From positions 138,095 to 202,094 of the forward strand of contig CAVRUH010000007.1 of the NCBI GenBank assembly GCA_963724325.1: a stretch of 64,000 nucleotides of DNA, written 5' to 3'. Made by a program: the position numbers and the translations under genes. The notes under the pieces are model-generated. The model had not been told where the DNA came from, ran no database searches, and saw only the letters and a list, made by a program, of their open reading frames with translations. The DNA is from Waddliaceae bacterium (GTDB lineage Bacteria > Chlamydiota > Chlamydiia > Chlamydiales > Waddliaceae). The first letter of the stretch is position 1; each line of letters begins with the position of its first letter. Below, one piece after another: positions 10,206 to 19,395 of this stretch.

Positions 10206-11165
10206 TTAATTATTCCAAGCTTGCAATAGATTTTGTCTCAATTTATCTCTCCTCATGGGGTCGAATGTAGAAGATTTGATTAAATTGCGAAGTTCGAGCT
10301 CCCAAATCTTAAGCTTGCCAGGCTGAATTTTTGTATAACGTTTTATGATAAGCGGTGATGTAGGATTAAGTACCCCACTAATGCCTAAAACAAGTCGCAA
10401 TTCTTGTGGAAATTCATCTGAAGGAGTGTCGAGGAAATATTCACTGATCAATTGATTCTCAGCAATGAATCCATTGGGATATGATGCATACCCCACTGTA
10501 TTTCCAAAAGCATATAAAGAGACAGAGCTATCAAAAAATTGCAGAAGAACGCCGGCTTTACTGTCCAGATGTTGATGTGAGATAGTATAAGCCACCTCTA
10601 TCAATGATGAGTCCATTCCAAGTTCTTCGAACATGTGTTTCAAGTCCTTTCGCTGTTGATAGGTGTCGCTACCTACATTCTTCGTAAAATTTAAGACTGA
10701 GTTTAACCCTAGGCGGTTGTGATTCGAGTAGATGCAGAAGTTCAAGGGGAAAGTACTTTCTGCGACCAACTGCGAATAGTGTATTTCACTTACAAATACC
10801 CGTGAAAAAACTTCTAGAGATTCTAGAAAGTTGTTTTTTTTAAATGGCGTTGAAACGAAATGAAAATCCTTTCTGATGGGCACATCTAGGACCTCTTCGA
10901 CAATTATACGAATAATGTCTTGGTAAACTAGAAAATCTAAACTGTCTCCATGATATCCCATGAAGCTGATATTTTCCTGAGCTATAGCTTTATCGAATAA
11001 CTCACGGTAATCTAATCCAACACCTTTTCCTTTCAGATTATACTTAATCTGATCGAGTCCAACAAATGCAACATATTGCTTTGAAGGAGATTCAAATTCA
11101 GCACCATGGATTCTGATGGTCCCACAAATAAATAACAAGCTTAAAAGTAGGATTTTATTATTCAT
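10206..11165 (-). CDS. Exported hypothetical protein, paralog A
   Basis: 319 aa with a signal peptide. Shares FMGYHGDSLDFLVYQDIIRIIVEEVLDVPIRKDFHF and LLQFFD blocks with the adjacent ORF. Confidence 0.6.
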   Translation of the reverse strand: MNNKILLLSLLFICGTIRIHGAEFESPSKQYVAFVGLDQIKYNLKGKGVGLDYRELFDKAIAQENISFMGYHGDSLDFLVYQDIIRIIVEEVLDVPIRKDFHFVSTPFKKNNFLESLEVFSRVFVSEIHYSQLVAESTFPLNFCIYSNHNRLGLNSVLNFTKNVGSDTYQQRKDLKHMFEELGMDSSLIEVAYTISHQHLDSKAGVLLQFFDSSVSLYAFGNTVGYASYPNGFIAENQLISEYFLDTPSDEFPQELRLVLGISGVLNPTSPLIIKRYTKIQPGKLKIWELELRNLIKSSTFDPMRRDKLRQNLLQAWNN

Positions 11166-12180
11166 TTTTTTCTCTCCACATGTTCAATAACAATTCACGA
11201 TACTGTACGACTTTTGTTTCATCGTAAGGCAGTGTTCTGATTGCTTCACGTAAGTTAGATTCATACTCATTGATTAGTTCGGGATCATTCCTGTCAAAGC
11301 GCATGATATATAGAGGGGAATACGGATTTAGAGTGACGGAGTTGTTAATGACAAGCCGGAATTGTGCAGGAAAAGCTGTAGAATTAACGCCAAGGAATAT
11401 TTCGGACATTCTTTTCTCATTGAGAATTGGACGTCCGCCGGGCAAGGCATTATAGCATAATTGATTTATCAAATCATAATGATTTTGAAATGCATTGTGA
11501 TGAGAAAAGTCGAAGAATTGGAATAACACAGCATTATCCATGGTCATCAAAGGGTTGCCTATTGCAAATAAATCAGGTATCGCTTCGGTTGGTATTCCTA
11601 AAGAATCAAATAAATAATTTAGTTGAGTTTGGAATCCAACGGTCGTTGCAGATCTATTCCTTGTAAACCAGTAGACAGTGCATTCCCCAAAGTTATCGAA
11701 ATTCCCAAAGAGTGAATAATTCATCGACAACAACTGCTCTCGTTGTTCTGGTAACGCGTCAATCACTGCAGGATAGTCTTTCAGGAATTGCTCCTCACTT
11801 TCCCGATTTAGCATAGGTTTTCCTGGGATGCGCAGAAAGTGAAAGTCTTTTCTAATATGGATCTCGCAAATTTCCTCTATTATTATCCGAATAATATCTT
11901 GATAAATACGAAATCCTTGAGTGCTGCTATGGTATCCAAAAAAACCAAGCTCTTCGTGGGGAATGATGTGCTCGAAGAAATTGCGATGCTCCAAAGACAA
12001 CCCGTTTGTCTTCAGCGCTTGCAATATTTTCTCGTAATTGTAAAATCCGCAAAAGCGATTTGTTGGGGATGCATATACGGCTTCGGTTCGAATCGGCATA
12101 TCGAAATCTACGATTGCCGGAGTGGCAAGCAATGATAAATTACAAAGTGCAATTAAAATAAATAAAATTAATCTAATCAT
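11158..12180 (-). CDS. Exported hypothetical protein, paralog B
   Basis: 340 aa with a signal peptide. FFGYHSSTQGFRIYQDIIRIIIEEICEIHIRKDFHF is paralogous to 10206-11165. 8-nt overlap with it. Confidence 0.6.
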   Translation of the reverse strand: MIRLILFILIALCNLSLLATPAIVDFDMPIRTEAVYASPTNRFCGFYNYEKILQALKTNGLSLEHRNFFEHIIPHEELGFFGYHSSTQGFRIYQDIIRIIIEEICEIHIRKDFHFLRIPGKPMLNRESEEQFLKDYPAVIDALPEQREQLLSMNYSLFGNFDNFGECTVYWFTRNRSATTVGFQTQLNYLFDSLGIPTEAIPDLFAIGNPLMTMDNAVLFQFFDFSHHNAFQNHYDLINQLCYNALPGGRPILNEKRMSEIFLGVNSTAFPAQFRLVINNSVTLNPYSPLYIMRFDRNDPELINEYESNLREAIRTLPYDETKVVQYRELLLNMWREKNE

Positions 12181-12331
12181 AATTATTTAACCAATATATT
12201 TAAGATGAATACATTTTAACAATTATCAATTTATAAGTCAATCATAAACATGCATTTTTATATCGATTTGAATGGACCAATGCAATATGCTTTGTGGGGA
12301 TAAGTCTAAATTCAACCATAAAGGAGAAATT

Positions 12332-12925
12332 ATGTTGAACAGTTTTATCCGAAAGTTTTTATTTATCATTGTTCTTACGACATCGCTGTCATCCCCTATT
12401 TTTGCTGTGGATGACTTTCAAGTTGAGTATCAACCACAGGTCATCGAAAAAGTAATTCAGTTTGAGAAGAAAAGCATCTTAAAGCAAAAAGCAAATGGAT
12501 ACCTATATGTCGAAGTGTCTCGAGATTTTATTGCCGAGGCTCTTCCTCTAATTGATGCCCCGGGAAAAATTGTACACCCGAGTCATTATACTAGCAAGAA
12601 AGGGATTGGAGCCCATATCAGCATTATTTATGAAAATGAGTTGATTGAACATGAAATCTGGGAGATCGATGAGTTGGGGCAAGAGTTCACATTCTCGGTC
12701 ATGGAGTTGAGGACGGTAAAACTAAATGACAATAACAAGATGAAAAAACTTTGGCTTTTGGCAGTAGCTGCTCCCGAGTTAGAGAAACTTCGTGAGGGTT
12801 ATGGTCTATCATCCCGTTTAAAAAACCATGATTTCCATATAACAATAGGAACTCAAGTACCTGGTAAAGTCTATGTTTTATTCGATGAGATAATCATTGA
12901 AGAGGAGCTGGAAGAAGCAGCATAA
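12332..12925 (+). CDS. Exported 2H phosphoesterase-superfamily protein (two H-x-S/T-x motifs)
   Basis: Start at ATG 12332 with AAGGAG upstream. N-terminal hydrophobic signal. HISI (GAHISIIY) and HITI (HDFHITIG) are spaced ~80 aa apart, as in LigT/cyclic phosphodiesterase folds. Confidence 0.6.
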   Translation: MLNSFIRKFLFIIVLTTSLSSPIFAVDDFQVEYQPQVIEKVIQFEKKSILKQKANGYLYVEVSRDFIAEALPLIDAPGKIVHPSHYTSKKGIGAHISIIYENELIEHEIWEIDELGQEFTFSVMELRTVKLNDNNKMKKLWLLAVAAPELEKLREGYGLSSRLKNHDFHITIGTQVPGKVYVLFDEIIIEEELEEAA

Positions 12926-13175
12926 GGCTGATTCCAAAGATAAAATCGATTTGGTAGCCTAACAACAGGGGATTCGAATGCCTCTTTTGTGCTTTTGCTC
13001 AACTTCAGTTTAAGCACGACTTTCACAACTATCCTTCGCGTTGCAATGGCGGTGCAATGATTTACCTATTTATCCAATAATATCCATCAGAAACCAGTTG
13101 CAATTTGATTGCATATCCTTTAGCATGTTACTCATAGCGGTTGGATGGTGTTGATTGGAGTGGAAGTCCCCCTCC

Positions 13176-13217
13176 CTCATAACCCGCGGGTCACTGGTTC
13201 AAGTCCAGTTTGCCCCA
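13176..13217 (+). repeat. tRNA-Met 3'-part copy 2 (42/42 nt)
   Basis: Identical to 5029-5070. No matching 5' acceptor strand lies upstream, so it is not a functional tRNA. Confidence 0.9.
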
Positions 13218-13240
13218 CATTTTTTTTACAGGACAAACTT

Positions 13241-13627
13241 ATGACACTCATAGAATCCAAAATGGAATTTGCCGAAAGGAACCATGCTATACTTCTCTCA
13301 CTGGAGGCTCAGATTGTAGCGCACTATCAAAAACGTCCTCGCCTTCATGATCACAATGTGATTCGCGTTTTAGAGGCTCTCATAAAGCACTTTAGGGCTT
13401 TAGCGACAAATTTTCCATTGCCTCAGCATTCATTATCTGAATTCGAGGGTGAAATTTATCTTAGCATTCAATACAATCTAGAAAAAACGGAAGCCCTAAC
13501 TCCGAATGATTCCTGTGTCCTTTTAAAGTTCCTCAAAAAATCTGTAGAGCTAAACAACAAGAGATCGGGCTCACAGGGTTACTTAAACTTCATCAGCCGC
13601 TTCATCGAAGTTGAAATAGAGGATTAG
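13241..13627 (+). CDS. Conserved 128-aa hypothetical protein, copy 2
   Basis: Differs from copy 1 at about 2-3 residues (AV>AI, KSE>KTE). The longer track ORF from 13145 reads through the pseudo-tRNA and is rejected. Confidence 0.6.
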   Translation: MTLIESKMEFAERNHAILLSLEAQIVAHYQKRPRLHDHNVIRVLEALIKHFRALATNFPLPQHSLSEFEGEIYLSIQYNLEKTEALTPNDSCVLLKFLKKSVELNNKRSGSQGYLNFISRFIEVEIED

Positions 13628-13948
13628 AAACTGGAGTCACTCACCTTATTCACATTAAAATATGTGAGTTAGGCCCTCCGCGTACCCTCAATGGTTATTT
13701 TCAAGAAAAACTTATTTGTTTTTACTCTTCAATAATGCAATTGATTTTCAGTGACTTATCAGCTTTAAAGCATAATCTTCACGTGTTCAAGAAGAGCCTT
13801 CGTTCGCTTCGCTCACTACGGCCAGATGCGCCCGGCGTTATTAAAGTAGACCCAACTGTCTAGCTAAAAAGAGGAACATTTATTATTATGTGAAAGTTTG
13901 CGAAGTAATACCGAAAAATAATGTTCTCCATTGAGATTAGAGAGATTA

Positions 13949-14275
13949 TCACAAGACAAACTCGATAATTAGACAAAAAGTGTAGACCATTCCTAAAAAG
14001 AGTAGTGGCAGCAAGTGATAAAGTAGAAAAACAGGCAGGGAGGGATCATGGAGATGCTTCCACCCTTTATAGATTCCAAAAGGTGATGAGAGTGGCGATA
14101 GAAGTGTAATAATTATGAAAGTCATTATCGTTTTTGGATAATCAAGTTCATAATCCGCAAATCCCATGGGTAGAATCCATGTAATAAGTAGCAATAGGAT
14201 AAAAAGAAATATGTTTAGGACGGTGAAACCTCTTGCAAGATAAAGCCTGATACTAGCCTTTTCTATAAATTCCAT
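13949..14275 (-). CDS. Small integral membrane protein
   Basis: 108 aa with about three hydrophobic helices. Same strand as, and close to, the two ORFs upstream. Confidence 0.45.
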   Translation of the reverse strand: MEFIEKASIRLYLARGFTVLNIFLFILLLLITWILPMGFADYELDYPKTIMTFIIITLLSPLSSPFGIYKGWKHLHDPSLPVFLLYHLLPLLFLGMVYTFCLIIEFVL

Positions 14276-14444
14276 CTATTAATTCCTTTAAGGTTCTCTG
14301 ATACTGCGGATCGTCAAATCCATGCTGTGGACCCGAACTCTTTTGCTGATAGATTATCCGAGTATTCCTAAGTTCTTCAAGCCTTTTTTTATATCCATTG
14401 AATTTTTCCTTCTTATAGATTTCGTACTCTACTCCACTAAACAT
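14253..14444 (-). CDS. Small hypothetical protein
   Basis: 63-aa ORF between two co-oriented ORFs. No motif. Confidence 0.3.
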   Translation of the reverse strand: MFSGVEYEIYKKEKFNGYKKRLEELRNTRIIYQQKSSGPQHGFDDPQYQRTLKELIDGIYRKG

Positions 14445-14483
14445 AAGAATTGCTCCTAGAAGTTGTTTTAAAAATATATTTTG

Positions 14484-15758
14484 TTATCTAATGTGAAAAG
14501 AAGATACTAACTTATTCCATTCTTCGGAAATTTGTGGAGTTTCGCTATTAAAAGATTGAGTAATTTGATAGAGTCTTCTTTTTTTGAGCACAAACAATGT
14601 TCTATAAATTTTACCTGAATTTTCTGCTAGAAGCTCAATAGAGGGACAACCTTCATGCTCGCCTAAGTTCCAAGATAAAACAATCATTTTATTGCTCAAT
14701 CCGAGCCAAGCTAGATCAATGGAACCGTTTTTATCCATTTGACTTTGAATCTCGTTTATCAGCATAGAGATTGAAGGGTCAGAATATTCAAGAATAATTT
14801 CGCTAAACATCGTCATATTTAAAACTTTCAGCTCAGGGTCTTCAAAATCTGGGTGATTAATCTCTTTTAGAATACCCATATAAGTAACCATTGGTAAAGT
14901 GACAATGGATTCGATAAAATAGCCGCTGTCACCATACTCTCCAAATAAAGTCTTGGGAGCGAAAGGCCCAAGTCTAGAATAGAAAATTCTGTGATAAATG
15001 TTATATTTTGGAGGAATATTAATGTCATAAGTGTTCCGACCCAATAAGATATTGCGTTGTACAGTTTCACAAAACAAATTTGCCCACAAAAGTTTATGCC
15101 AATCATAGTTGAGAATGCTTTGATACTGTCGGTATGATTCTGTAGTAGTTATCCAAGAAGGAATCATTGTGTTTTGAGATTCAATTTTAAATCCTAAATG
15201 ATATGCGGGTGTTCCCGAAAAAGCTGGATATATTCCCCATGCAGAAGCTAAATAGAAGATATTTTGAATTTCTAGGCGATATACGAATTGATTTATAGCA
15301 ACAAGGAGTCCACGCCGTTCAGATAAATTTCGAAAATTTACGCTAAAATTTGTGGCGCTATTATCGCAATAATACACAGACTCTTTGCCATAAACATGTC
15401 CTTTTTTAAAATAGGAAAAGCCGTCGTTTTCAATTTTATTTAAAAGATCATCCATCCAACTTTTATATTTTACTGAGTCATTTGCTATTGAATTTGGAAG
15501 TTTATAAATCCAAACTTTAAAAGGACCCATGTGTGTTTCACTATAATAATGGGTGATTTCCACATTTTCTTCATGATAGCTTTCCATTCTAGTAGCATCC
15601 CAAGTGTGAAGAGTAATGCGATGATCTTTTGGCCCTGGAATTTCTATTGTATATCCCTTGTTAAGCGATAGAAGCCCCATCAAGTCTATTGCTATTCCCC
15701 CAGATAAAGACCCAAAATGCACCAAAATAAAAAATGAGTATATTAATTTTTTCATCAT
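14484..15758 (-). CDS. Exported hypothetical protein
   Basis: 424 aa with signal-like MMKKLIYSFFILVHFGSLSGG. No recognisable domain. Confidence 0.55.
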   Translation of the reverse strand: MMKKLIYSFFILVHFGSLSGGIAIDLMGLLSLNKGYTIEIPGPKDHRITLHTWDATRMESYHEENVEITHYYSETHMGPFKVWIYKLPNSIANDSVKYKSWMDDLLNKIENDGFSYFKKGHVYGKESVYYCDNSATNFSVNFRNLSERRGLLVAINQFVYRLEIQNIFYLASAWGIYPAFSGTPAYHLGFKIESQNTMIPSWITTTESYRQYQSILNYDWHKLLWANLFCETVQRNILLGRNTYDINIPPKYNIYHRIFYSRLGPFAPKTLFGEYGDSGYFIESIVTLPMVTYMGILKEINHPDFEDPELKVLNMTMFSEIILEYSDPSISMLINEIQSQMDKNGSIDLAWLGLSNKMIVLSWNLGEHEGCPSIELLAENSGKIYRTLFVLKKRRLYQITQSFNSETPQISEEWNKLVSSFHIR

Positions 15759-15907
15759 AATGTCAATTATTTTACAGTAATTGTTCTAATAGTGCAACTA
15801 AAAAGACGAGCTAACGGCAATTAGGAGTTTGTTAAATAAAAGATCAAAAATAGAATAGGGTGATTTTGGCCCCAGAAATATTTTTTTTGAGCTCCAAACT
15901 GATTTGA

Positions 15908-16171
15908 GTTTTTGATCAGCTGATAAAATATTTCAGGGCAAAAGCAACTAATTTTCCATTCCAAGAGTCTAAATTTTCTTTGCCTATTGAAAATGATTTA
16001 TATGATTCGCTTAAGGAATGTCTTGAGGAAACTGAAGGCAAAACAGCTAATGAAGCATATAACATTTTTAAATTCTTAAAAAAATCAGTCGAATTTTGGA
16101 ACAGAGAAGGGGGCTCTCAAGGCTGCCTTACATATATATCGCGCTTCATAGATGTTGAAGAAAAAAAATGA
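15908..16171 (+). pseudogene. Relic of the 128-aa family (C-terminal two thirds, diverged, no proper start)
   Basis: LIKYFRAKATNFP...FKFLKKSVEFWNREGGSQGCLTYISRFIDVE aligns with LIKHFRALATNFP...LKFLKKSVELNNKRSGSQGYLNFISRFIEVE. Upstream, TTTGGCCCCA plus a T-run (15865-15888) resembles the tRNA 3' end. Confidence 0.55.
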
Positions 16172-16553
16172 TGGGACCCGGGCGTGAAAAACTGACATTT
16201 TAAAGTAAGCATACGCGTATTAAAAGTAAGCGCATATGCACGCCCGACCCCAATCATTTCTAAAGTTATCTTCGATGCCCCTGGCAACATCTTTAGGGTC
16301 ATCAGGGTCAATCTAAATAAAAAAAATCTTAATATGTATCCTACTTAAAAATTTAAAAAATCCTCCCAATTTAACCCCCCCTTGTTTTCAATGCAAAATC
16401 AGATAGAAAAATTTTAATTCAAGGGTTTATGTCTATTTTGTTGGCTAGGGATTACAGTGCGACACCTACAGCGTAATCTACAGCGTAATCTCCATAAGTC
16501 TGCAGAAGTAGTTTCCACGAATAGTACCATCACAGAGAGGTGTTACCCATACC

Positions 16554-17315
16554 TTAGACAATAATTAATTCTAGAAATGATTTTTGGTGAGCTTTGGGAC
16601 GCAAATAGGGTTCCTTTTTTGTATGAACAACGATTGCGTAGAGAATTCCTGCTTCCGCAAGAGCTATTGCTTCTTTTTTAAGAAGCCACACACTGTCCTC
16701 ATGTGAATTACCAACTAAAAATTCAGTAATGACATGTCGTTTATTGACTCGAACTCCCTGAACTTTCTTTACATCAATATATTCCTCACGTCCCTCTCTC
16801 CATCCTTCATGTTTTTTCATAGCATCAAGCAATTGTTCATATTCTTTGTCGTTTAGGGAACGAATCGTGCGATCCATATCAAATTTAGTAAAAAATTTAA
16901 TCGCTTTTCGATAGTTAATGACTTCTTCTGTATCGGGTTGTCCCTTTTTGACACCAGTGTAAGTACGTACAAATTCATTGAGGGTGCAATCAATATACAT
17001 ATTGCCTTCTTTTAAACGTAAGGCCTGTGCCCTTCTACCAGTTTCATAATCAGGATAAACTGCAAACCTATAATCTTTGTTTTCTTTATTAGGTATCTTC
17101 CCAGCGGAACCGATAGCTCCGTTCCTTTTTGCGAAATCTCCCATTGCGTGATTACCAGGATTATTATTTCTCCATGATCTAGTACTTGCTTGATCCACTG
17201 GCTGTTCTGGATAGGCTTTCCAAAAGCGCTTTAAATGATTCCCATCTTCATCATAATAGATGACCGAATTTTCTGGCCCTTCTACAACTTTTATCCATTT
17301 ATTTTGAGTCTTCAT
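16554..17315 (-). CDS. Hypothetical protein with an RNNNPGN-motif N-domain and a DUF3892-like C-terminus
   Basis: 253 aa. SWRNNNPGNHAM...FAVYPDYETGRRAQ is a motif I associate with phage/MGE proteins. The C-terminal ITEFLVGNSHEDSVWLLKKEAIALAEAGILYAIVV...PYLRP resembles DUF3892. Confidence 0.45.
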   Translation of the reverse strand: MKTQNKWIKVVEGPENSVIYYDEDGNHLKRFWKAYPEQPVDQASTRSWRNNNPGNHAMGDFAKRNGAIGSAGKIPNKENKDYRFAVYPDYETGRRAQALRLKEGNMYIDCTLNEFVRTYTGVKKGQPDTEEVINYRKAIKFFTKFDMDRTIRSLNDKEYEQLLDAMKKHEGWREGREEYIDVKKVQGVRVNKRHVITEFLVGNSHEDSVWLLKKEAIALAEAGILYAIVVHTKKEPYLRPKAHQKSFLELIIV

Positions 17316-17483
17316 ACATTTACTTCAGGTTTAATCAACAAAATAGAATAAATTATAAATTATTAATTTTAAATAACTTGTCTACGAATTATAGCAGATT
17401 AGGAGAAATTTTTCTAATCAAAAATAAATGGTTCAAAATGGTCCCCTTTTGGTAATATCGCCTCTTCTTGGTAGGGAGAAATT

Positions 17484-18179
17484 ATGGTTGATGCAAAACG
17501 TATTAACAGAAATGGTGCATGGATTTCTTTTTCTATAGCTCACAGCCTCCTTATTTTTTTGGGAATACTCGTTGTTGGGTGTGAAAAAAACGGTGAGATT
17601 GACGTAGATGATCTCAATTCTGAGAAAAATATTTTTATTAGTAGGGTTCTTGATGCAGAGCTAGGCGAGGGACCTTTTTTTATAAACTATTCGTTGAGTA
17701 CAGTCTTTTTTTCACAAGATATTGTAAGCATCTTTGGAGAATTCACACGTTATACAGACTTCCCACATGATCGTAAGCATTATGAAGGAAAAACATTTTG
17801 TAGAATAAATGGAAAATTCCAATTAATATCTTTCGATGATCTTTTTTCTGCTGAAAAGCAAAAAGAATTTATCAGAAAGTATTGTGAGGATGTTCTCAAG
17901 GCTAAGTCTATAGGCTATTTTGGTGAGGATCCACCTCTTCGCGATCAACTTGATTTAAAGGAAATTCAAACATTTTTAATTCATGAAAATTTTTTTATCA
18001 TCGTATTCCAACGTTATATTGTAGCCGGTCTTGACGATTATCCGACAACATTACGAATTCCTTACAATATTTTGAAGGGTCATATTAATCCAAACATTCC
18101 TTTGATCACACTCTTAGAAAAAACAGTAAAATCAAATTCTTTTATTTCTTCTTGGGAAGATGTTTTGGGTGGTTCGTAG
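17484..18179 (+). CDS. Membrane-anchored DUF3298/RsiV-like protein
   Basis: 231 aa with an N-terminal TM. The pattern PHDRKHYEGKTFCRINGKFQLISFDDLF...IIVFQRYIVAGLDDYPTTLRIPY is typical of DUF3298. Confidence 0.5.
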   Translation: MVDAKRINRNGAWISFSIAHSLLIFLGILVVGCEKNGEIDVDDLNSEKNIFISRVLDAELGEGPFFINYSLSTVFFSQDIVSIFGEFTRYTDFPHDRKHYEGKTFCRINGKFQLISFDDLFSAEKQKEFIRKYCEDVLKAKSIGYFGEDPPLRDQLDLKEIQTFLIHENFFIIVFQRYIVAGLDDYPTTLRIPYNILKGHINPNIPLITLLEKTVKSNSFISSWEDVLGGS

Positions 18180-18349
18180 ACACACACGAAGCCTCTCTTT
18201 TTATTGCATTTCCCGTGCACTGGCGGTGCAACGGTGCAGTACTTTATCCATTTTCAACCGTCAAAATTCGGTAGCAATAAATACATAAGTCATTTATTAT
18301 CTTACTCAAAGCGGTTGAGTGGTGTTGATTGGAGTGGTAGTCTTCCTCC

Positions 18350-18391
18350 CTCATAACCCGCGGGTCACTGGTTCAAGTCCAGTTTGCCCCA
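18350..18391 (+). repeat. tRNA-Met 3'-part copy 3 (42/42 nt)
   Basis: Identical to 5029-5070. The ~40 nt upstream are homologous to the region upstream of copy 2, not to the tRNA 5' half. Confidence 0.9.
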
Positions 18392-18413
18392 CATTTTTTT
18401 ACAGGACAAACTT

Positions 18414-18620
18414 ATGACACTAATAGAATCCAAAATGGAATTTGCCGAAAGGAATCCTGCAATACTTCTCTCCCTAGAGGCTCAGATTGTAACGCACTAT
18501 CAAAAACGTCCTCGCCTTCATGATCACGATGTGATTCGCGTTTTAGAGGCTCTCATAAAGCACTTTAAGGCCTTAGCGACAAATTTCCCATTGCCTCAGC
18601 AGGTGCGGTTACAGACATAG
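18414..18620 (+). pseudogene. 128-aa family copy 3, truncated after ~62 codons at an IS end
   Basis: Homology to copies 1 and 2 stops at 18601 (NFPLPQ|QVRLQT*), where the IS-end 21-mer region begins. Confidence 0.8.
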
Positions 18621-19395
18621 GTTACACTTTTATTGTTAAAATGTTATATAAAAAGCAGGGGGCAACTAGCCCCCTGCCAAAAAAACATCCGTCACCCATC
18701 GTCTCTCGGTCGCAGCGGGGAGTTTTCTTCTTGGTACCAATAATTATACTATGTATGGTCAAAAGATGCATTAGGAAAATACACAAGAAAACATCTAGAA
18801 TTTTGAGTTTTGAGGGAGCTGTGGGGGTTTCTTCTTGGTCGGGGGTTTGGGGGCTGGCCCCCAATATATTCACTTCCGATCGTTGTCATTAGCGCTGCCT
18901 CCTTCTCTTAACTTTTGGTTTTTCAAGCCCTTCCTTTACAAGTTTTCCTAAGTATATAGGTCCATAATAAACATCATATTCCCCCTGTTCATTAGCCTTA
19001 AGACCAACATATTCTCCAGTAAGCGTTTGTCCAATATAATGATCATTCTGATGTAACCATAAACAACCACTTGCACAAATCTTTCTAACAATCATTTTTT
19101 GTGTGTCGTATTCTGGTTTCCTTAAAACTCCATCCCAAGTCCGTAAGGATTTAGTATAAACACTTGCTGGTGTTTGCATATTCAAGGCTTCATGAGGCCT
19201 TTCAAAGTTATATTCGTCTAAGAATTTGCTGTTCGCTTGTATTTGCAATACAAGGGATGCTTTAGCAGGGTTTGCTACTTCTTGTTGTAGTGTAGAATGG
19301 AATCTCTCGTGCCTTCCATTTTCCTCAGGATGTCCTGGATTTATCCACTCAGGGATAACTCCAGCTTTAATTAGATTGGCGTGATTTAGTCGGAA
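18602..19395 (-). mobile_element. IS481-family element relic (end sequence plus transposase C-terminal ~170 aa)
   Basis: ORF 18889-19395: GVIPEWINPGHPEENGRHERFHSTLQQE...FERPHEALNMQTPASVY is the end of an rve/DDE core (the E region). The terminal 21-mer lies at 18611-18631. The N-terminal two thirds are missing. Confidence 0.7.

Larger units (their letters stand above)
13176..13833 (+). repeat. ~658-bp direct repeat, copy B
   Basis: Partner of 5029-5685. Confidence 0.85.

Noticed and set aside
13145-13240. N-terminal extension of the 128-aa ORF copy 2 (track ORF 13145-13627)
   Set aside because: The extension reads through the pseudo-tRNA and has no counterpart in copy 1. ATG 13241 matches the start and spacing of copy 1.
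18622-18892. ORFs 18622-18873 (-) and 18641-18892 (+)
   Set aside because: This is an antisense pair inside the noncoding end of the IS relic. The region contains the GC-rich hairpins CAGGGGGC...GCCCCCTG and TTGGGGGCTGGCCCCCAA and shows no coding features.
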